Notes under the pieces: model-generated
What the model saw: only the letters and a program-made list of their open reading frames with translations
What the model was told of the DNA's origin: nothing
The model's database searches: none
Position numbers and translations under genes: made by a program
Shown: piece after piece, positions 59,987-64,000 of the stretch
Layout of the letters: each line of letters opens with the position of its first letter
Numbering within the stretch: position 1 is the first letter of the stretch
DNA from: a virus
Strand: one strand, 5' to 3'
DNA length: 64,000 nt
IMG/VR virus record: IMGVR_UViG_3300003886_000001
Span: 55,666-119,665 of that record

Positions 59987-61496
59987 ATTGGATAGGTGCG
60001 TCGAAGACGTAATGAAAAAAGGACATTCAAAGGATTCAGCGTATGCTATTTGTCAAGCATCAATCAAACAAGGAGTTATTGTGGAAAAGTTAGATGTACA
60101 AAAAGGACAAGAACAGACCATTGAAGGCGTCGATGGTACGCAATATACGGTTAAATCTGATGGAGTCTATGTTACAAAGAAGGCAAAGTTAGGTTCTGGG
60201 GCTAGATTTAAGAAGGTAGAAGAAGAAGCCAAGGAGTCCGGTGCTAAGGACCCTGCGGGAGTAGCTGCCGCTGCTGGTCGTAAAAAGTATGGTAAAAAGC
60301 GCTTTCAAGAAATGGCCGAAGCTGGGAAAAAGCATGCCAAGAAAGCGACAGTATTGAAGAGCCTTCGTACTGTTGGCGGAGCTAATGACTGGGTTAAGAT
60401 AATGAAGAGCTACTATCCTGAGGCCGTTGTTGTTGATAATGATACCTTAAAAGCTTATGGAGAAGTTGCTTGGGAAGAGCCTACCGGTCAAATAGCAGTC
60501 CCTCACCATGTCGTAATTGAAGAAGACTTGACCCCTGTTATTGAGACAATCAAGAAGGGTGATGTCATCTCAGTTATACGAGCAATGATAGACAAAGGAT
60601 TCATGGAAGTTACTGATTATGGGTCCATTAGTTTTACTACTAAGTGGAACAGCATCCTAGACAAGTTTATTCAAGATGCTATCTCCGATGCTACTAAGTC
60701 TGCTAATGACGGTGAAGTTGAACTACGACCAGAACTCATTAGTAGCATTGCCGTTGAAGTATTTGACAATTTTGCTAATATCCTTAAATCCTTGGAGGAT
60801 TCAGAGCGTTTGGCTCATGCTGCGTTACCACCAGAAGAATTTGAAACTGGTCATAAACTACGCCCTAATCAGCCCATTTCTGACGAAGAAGTAAGGCATG
60901 ACCAGCAGGTTAATTCCGGAGGCCATGTTCCGCCCGCAAATACGGAAGACAAAATGGCGATGCCCGAGCCACTTTCCCAGGAAGAAGTTCATACCCAGGT
61001 ACACGCCCACGACCATAATGCCGGTAAAGAGGTACGTGGACAACCAGGGAAGGATATAGAAGGACAAGAAATCAGTGTCGGCTCAAAAGGCAGTACCAGT
61101 ACAAAAAGTGCTGTACTAAAGGCAATCATGAGTCCTTCCGCTGCTCAAGGTACAGCGGCTCCAGAAAAAGTAGACGACCATGCTACGCAACATGCTAAAG
61201 AAGTTAGAGATGCTGAAGTTGACGCTAAAAAGACGATGACTCCTGATGACCTTAACTCAGAATTTCTAAGTCATGAAGAGGCACAGTCCCAAAAGAGCCT
61301 TATGAATACTGTGTTTAAGTCTCTAGGGGAGGCCCGAGCTTGGGAAGCTAGACTAGCGTCAGACTTACGTGAAGTTTGGCATGTAGTTCCGACTAGTTTT
61401 GAAGACAAGAAAACTCTTGGACGACGCTATGCCTATATTGTAAAGTCCCGTGCGCCAACAAAAAGAACAGGAGCTTTTGGAAATAAACTTCCATAA
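59970..61496 (+). CDS. Putative head/scaffold-associated protein
   Basis: LDRCVEDV..SAYAIC; LGSGARF..DPAGVAAAAGRKKYG; repeated LKS/LKA/FKS sites. Confidence 0.7.
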   Translation: MPGKTKLDRCVEDVMKKGHSKDSAYAICQASIKQGVIVEKLDVQKGQEQTIEGVDGTQYTVKSDGVYVTKKAKLGSGARFKKVEEEAKESGAKDPAGVAAAAGRKKYGKKRFQEMAEAGKKHAKKATVLKSLRTVGGANDWVKIMKSYYPEAVVVDNDTLKAYGEVAWEEPTGQIAVPHHVVIEEDLTPVIETIKKGDVISVIRAMIDKGFMEVTDYGSISFTTKWNSILDKFIQDAISDATKSANDGEVELRPELISSIAVEVFDNFANILKSLEDSERLAHAALPPEEFETGHKLRPNQPISDEEVRHDQQVNSGGHVPPANTEDKMAMPEPLSQEEVHTQVHAHDHNAGKEVRGQPGKDIEGQEISVGSKGSTSTKSAVLKAIMSPSAAQGTAAPEKVDDHATQHAKEVRDAEVDAKKTMTPDDLNSEFLSHEEAQSQKSLMNTVFKSLGEARAWEARLASDLREVWHVVPTSFEDKKTLGRRYAYIVKSRAPTKRTGAFGNKLP

Positions 61497-61567
61497 TAGC
61501 TCACATATGACGACCATAGGGCTGCGACTTTCGTGGCCCTTTCCTTTAACCACCAAAAACTGGTATA

Positions 61568-63082
61568 ATGAAAGTAGTTATGTTGAAAATTGATTTTAGT
61601 AAAGCTTTTCAACCAACCATAAAGAAATCGGCAAGTGCTGTTAACAAGAGGGGTAGAAAGAAGGCTGTACAACTACTCCACCTAGGGGATGAACGACGAC
61701 TCGTAAACCTCCCAGAGACGGTTACGGTAGAATTTCTCTCAGCGTATAAAGAAAATCTTGACGATTTCCTATACCCGTATGTGACGAGTGGGTATATTAC
61801 CTTGTCTCGTGCGCACGATTATGAAGATTCTCTTATCACCACAATATTTGGTGATGAAAAACATTTAGGAATATTTGAGTTTTTACAGGATAAGAACGTC
61901 GAAGGAAAGCCGGAAAAGCAACTTGTAACCATGGCTGAACAGTTAATACTAAAAGGATGGCGTATTCAATATGAAGACAACAAGTATTGGTTATTAAATA
62001 GCGATTTTGGACGTGTTATTGACCTAACTGGTAAAGCTGGCCTATCTAAAGATGCCGCATCCATGGTTTTTGACCCTTCCAACGCTCATTTATTTCTTGA
62101 TGATGATATAGCTTCAAAAGTCCAGGTACTTGCCTCTAAACAAGGATATAATGCCGATGATTTAGCGGGGATGGGGCATTTAGACCTACTGTTGGCACAT
62201 ACTAATAACTTGGAGTTTTCGGGCTATCTAATAAACTATAATAATCTCCGCAAACTACTCCACAAGGTAAATAAATACCATACATCAACTGAAGGTGTGA
62301 CAATGAAGGACCTTCATGAGGATGGATTTAGACTGCATAGCCAGATTACTTTCCCTATAGGTAAACGAACGATACTAGAACGGGATGGCCATGAAGTCAT
62401 GTTGACCGCCGTATCAGCTAAATTGAATCCTAAGTATATAGTCAATGAAACTCTTCTTTCAGTAATTGCCTCTAAATTAAAGGTAAAACTCTTCAAGCGC
62501 CTCAGATTTGTTCAACCGGAAAAACTTACGGAAATTAAAGAATTACGACAAACATTCGCTATAATGAGGGATTTCTGGTCCTCGGATACCTCGTATATGA
62601 CTTATAGCGATATGGTGGACGCACTGCATAGACTGGATGTTGGATATAGAGAAAGGACCATTAGCGAAGGTTTTTATAAGAGAGCAAAAGAAGCCTTTTC
62701 TGCTATAGTCATTACCGAAACTATATTATTAGGTAATAATAAGTTCTCGTTGGCGTCTATCGGATTTGATTCAATATCAGGCAAATTCTTTAGTTATGCG
62801 TCTAATGACAATTTTACGGTAGATATCGAAGATATTAAGAAATTAGATGAAGTTAGTGCACCCAAGCAGGACAACGAGTTCTTTAGTTATTTTACTAGCT
62901 TTGACCTTAATAGCACGAGATTTATTGAGCATCTTCCCTTGTTATGGAAAAACTTACCAAAGTCATACCTCTCGGCTATGCAAGAAGTTACCGTAGACGA
63001 CAGCGACTACGATATCGAATTTGCGGCTATTAGGGACTATTTTGAAATTGCAAGGACACTGATACTTGAAAAGGGGAAATAA
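61568..63082 (+). CDS. Hypothetical protein (504 aa)
   Basis: Long ORF downstream of TG-TATAAT; no recognised motif. Confidence 0.75.
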   Translation: MKVVMLKIDFSKAFQPTIKKSASAVNKRGRKKAVQLLHLGDERRLVNLPETVTVEFLSAYKENLDDFLYPYVTSGYITLSRAHDYEDSLITTIFGDEKHLGIFEFLQDKNVEGKPEKQLVTMAEQLILKGWRIQYEDNKYWLLNSDFGRVIDLTGKAGLSKDAASMVFDPSNAHLFLDDDIASKVQVLASKQGYNADDLAGMGHLDLLLAHTNNLEFSGYLINYNNLRKLLHKVNKYHTSTEGVTMKDLHEDGFRLHSQITFPIGKRTILERDGHEVMLTAVSAKLNPKYIVNETLLSVIASKLKVKLFKRLRFVQPEKLTEIKELRQTFAIMRDFWSSDTSYMTYSDMVDALHRLDVGYRERTISEGFYKRAKEAFSAIVITETILLGNNKFSLASIGFDSISGKFFSYASNDNFTVDIEDIKKLDEVSAPKQDNEFFSYFTSFDLNSTRFIEHLPLLWKNLPKSYLSAMQEVTVDDSDYDIEFAAIRDYFEIARTLILEKGK

Positions 63083-63424
63083 ATGGTATATATTTCTACC
63101 AGGGCGATGTACAACGAGGATAATGAGTTTCAATTAAAGGAGATTTATGTCTCCGACGGAGATATTACCTATGTACTGCAACGTGATGAGGGCTATGTTC
63201 CCTATCCTTACCATATTTCATTACAAGCTTTAATAGAGAGCACAAGAGGTATGGCTTATCCACTTGGAGGATTTAGTGAATTACGTTCTCATCCTGATGA
63301 TGATGCTAAATCACTAGCGGCGTTTTTTAGGGATAAAATAGCCAAGATAAACTTACAGTTACCAAATGCAGAAAAAACCCTGTTTGAAGTGATGAGTAAC
63401 TTCGGGGAATCCGCTAATGGATAG
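63083..63424 (+). CDS. Hypothetical protein
   Basis: AAAGGGG RBS; coupled. Confidence 0.7.
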   Translation: MVYISTRAMYNEDNEFQLKEIYVSDGDITYVLQRDEGYVPYPYHISLQALIESTRGMAYPLGGFSELRSHPDDDAKSLAAFFRDKIAKINLQLPNAEKTLFEVMSNFGESANG

Positions 63425-64000
63425 CATTCGTGTACGAGTGGGAAATCCACTTTCCCCGGTAAATCCTGGAGATGCCGTTCCTGGTGGAGGGGTCTATCGT
63501 GCCGGCCAATATTCTCCAACTATTGATGAATTAGCTAGCCTGACATTATCTGAGGCAGATAAGGCCGGCATATTACCATCTACTCTTCCTATCTACAACC
63601 CGGATGGAGTATTTGACCCTAAAAGGCTAGACGACTGGGACCCTGCCCTATCCTTATCATCTACAGCCGTTTCTATGTCGTCACAGGTACCTAAGTATTC
63701 CGCCGCGATAATCGTAGCTTCTCTAGAAAATATTGGAGATGTTGTTGATGTTATTGGACTTAATTATGTTATGCCTGGGGATACGGCCGAAGCAAAAGCC
63801 CAACGATACTTTGGAGAAACTATTATTGCAGCAAAGTTAGACGCCCGTGGAGGAAGGTTCAAGGGCTACCTAATAGTTTATCCAGAATTTTATAAGTATA
63901 TCACCACTCCCATTGTTCCAAAAATCCCTGGGCGTACTGAGGGCCTCAGTGTAGCCGCTTTGGCGGTACACCATTCAATTGGCCACCTGTTTTTTTCTAA
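63417..64000 (+). CDS. Partial ORF running off the window end
   Basis: MDSIRVRVGNPLSP... open to 64000; ends AVHHSIGHLFF. Confidence 0.7.
   Translation, partial: MDSIRVRVGNPLSPVNPGDAVPGGGVYRAGQYSPTIDELASLTLSEADKAGILPSTLPIYNPDGVFDPKRLDDWDPALSLSSTAVSMSSQVPKYSAAIIVASLENIGDVVDVIGLNYVMPGDTAEAKAQRYFGETIIAAKLDARGGRFKGYLIVYPEFYKYITTPIVPKIPGRTEGLSVAALAVHHSIGHLFFS

Noticed and set aside
728-64000. Diversity-generating retroelement
   Set aside because: No reverse transcriptase, and no template/variable repeat pair differing only at adenines was seen.
1-64000. Stop-codon reassignment
   Set aside because: Long genes are intact under the standard code, and TAA, TAG and TGA all terminate coupled genes.

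Overview
This window is 64 kb of a large tailed dsDNA phage genome. No rRNA, tRNA, CRISPR array, transposase or reverse transcriptase was seen. (1) 1-25.7 kb is an early/host-takeover-like region of about 75 small genes, mostly on the minus strand. It is built from promoter-gene(s)-terminator cassettes and is visibly GC-richer toward 15-25 kb. It includes a SNF2/SMARCAL1-like helicase, 3D-domain, SprT, HicB-like, cyclic-phosphate receiver and DUF6011-like genes, plus two expanded paralog families (16 and 6 members). (2) 25.76-26.64 kb is non-coding, with a dense TCTCAT array followed by AT-rich direct repeats. (3) 26.6-36.2 kb holds a third tandem family and a LamG/LRR fibre plus beta-propeller island. 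(4) 36.3-64 kb is a plus-strand block: SLOG-like gene, family A DNA polymerase, portal, large head-module proteins, a CCA-adding enzyme with HD domain, fibre/structural genes, a PD-(D/E)xK nuclease and a head/scaffold-like protein. The main candidate new system is a non-canonical promoter class, TCTCA(T/C/G)-N12-TAnnnT (15 copies, 10 of them leaderless), whose TCTCAT core is also arrayed 18 times in the non-coding region. This class drives much of a region dominated by a 16-gene paralog family linked to HicB-like domains. All protein family calls are motif-based by eye; no database searches were run.
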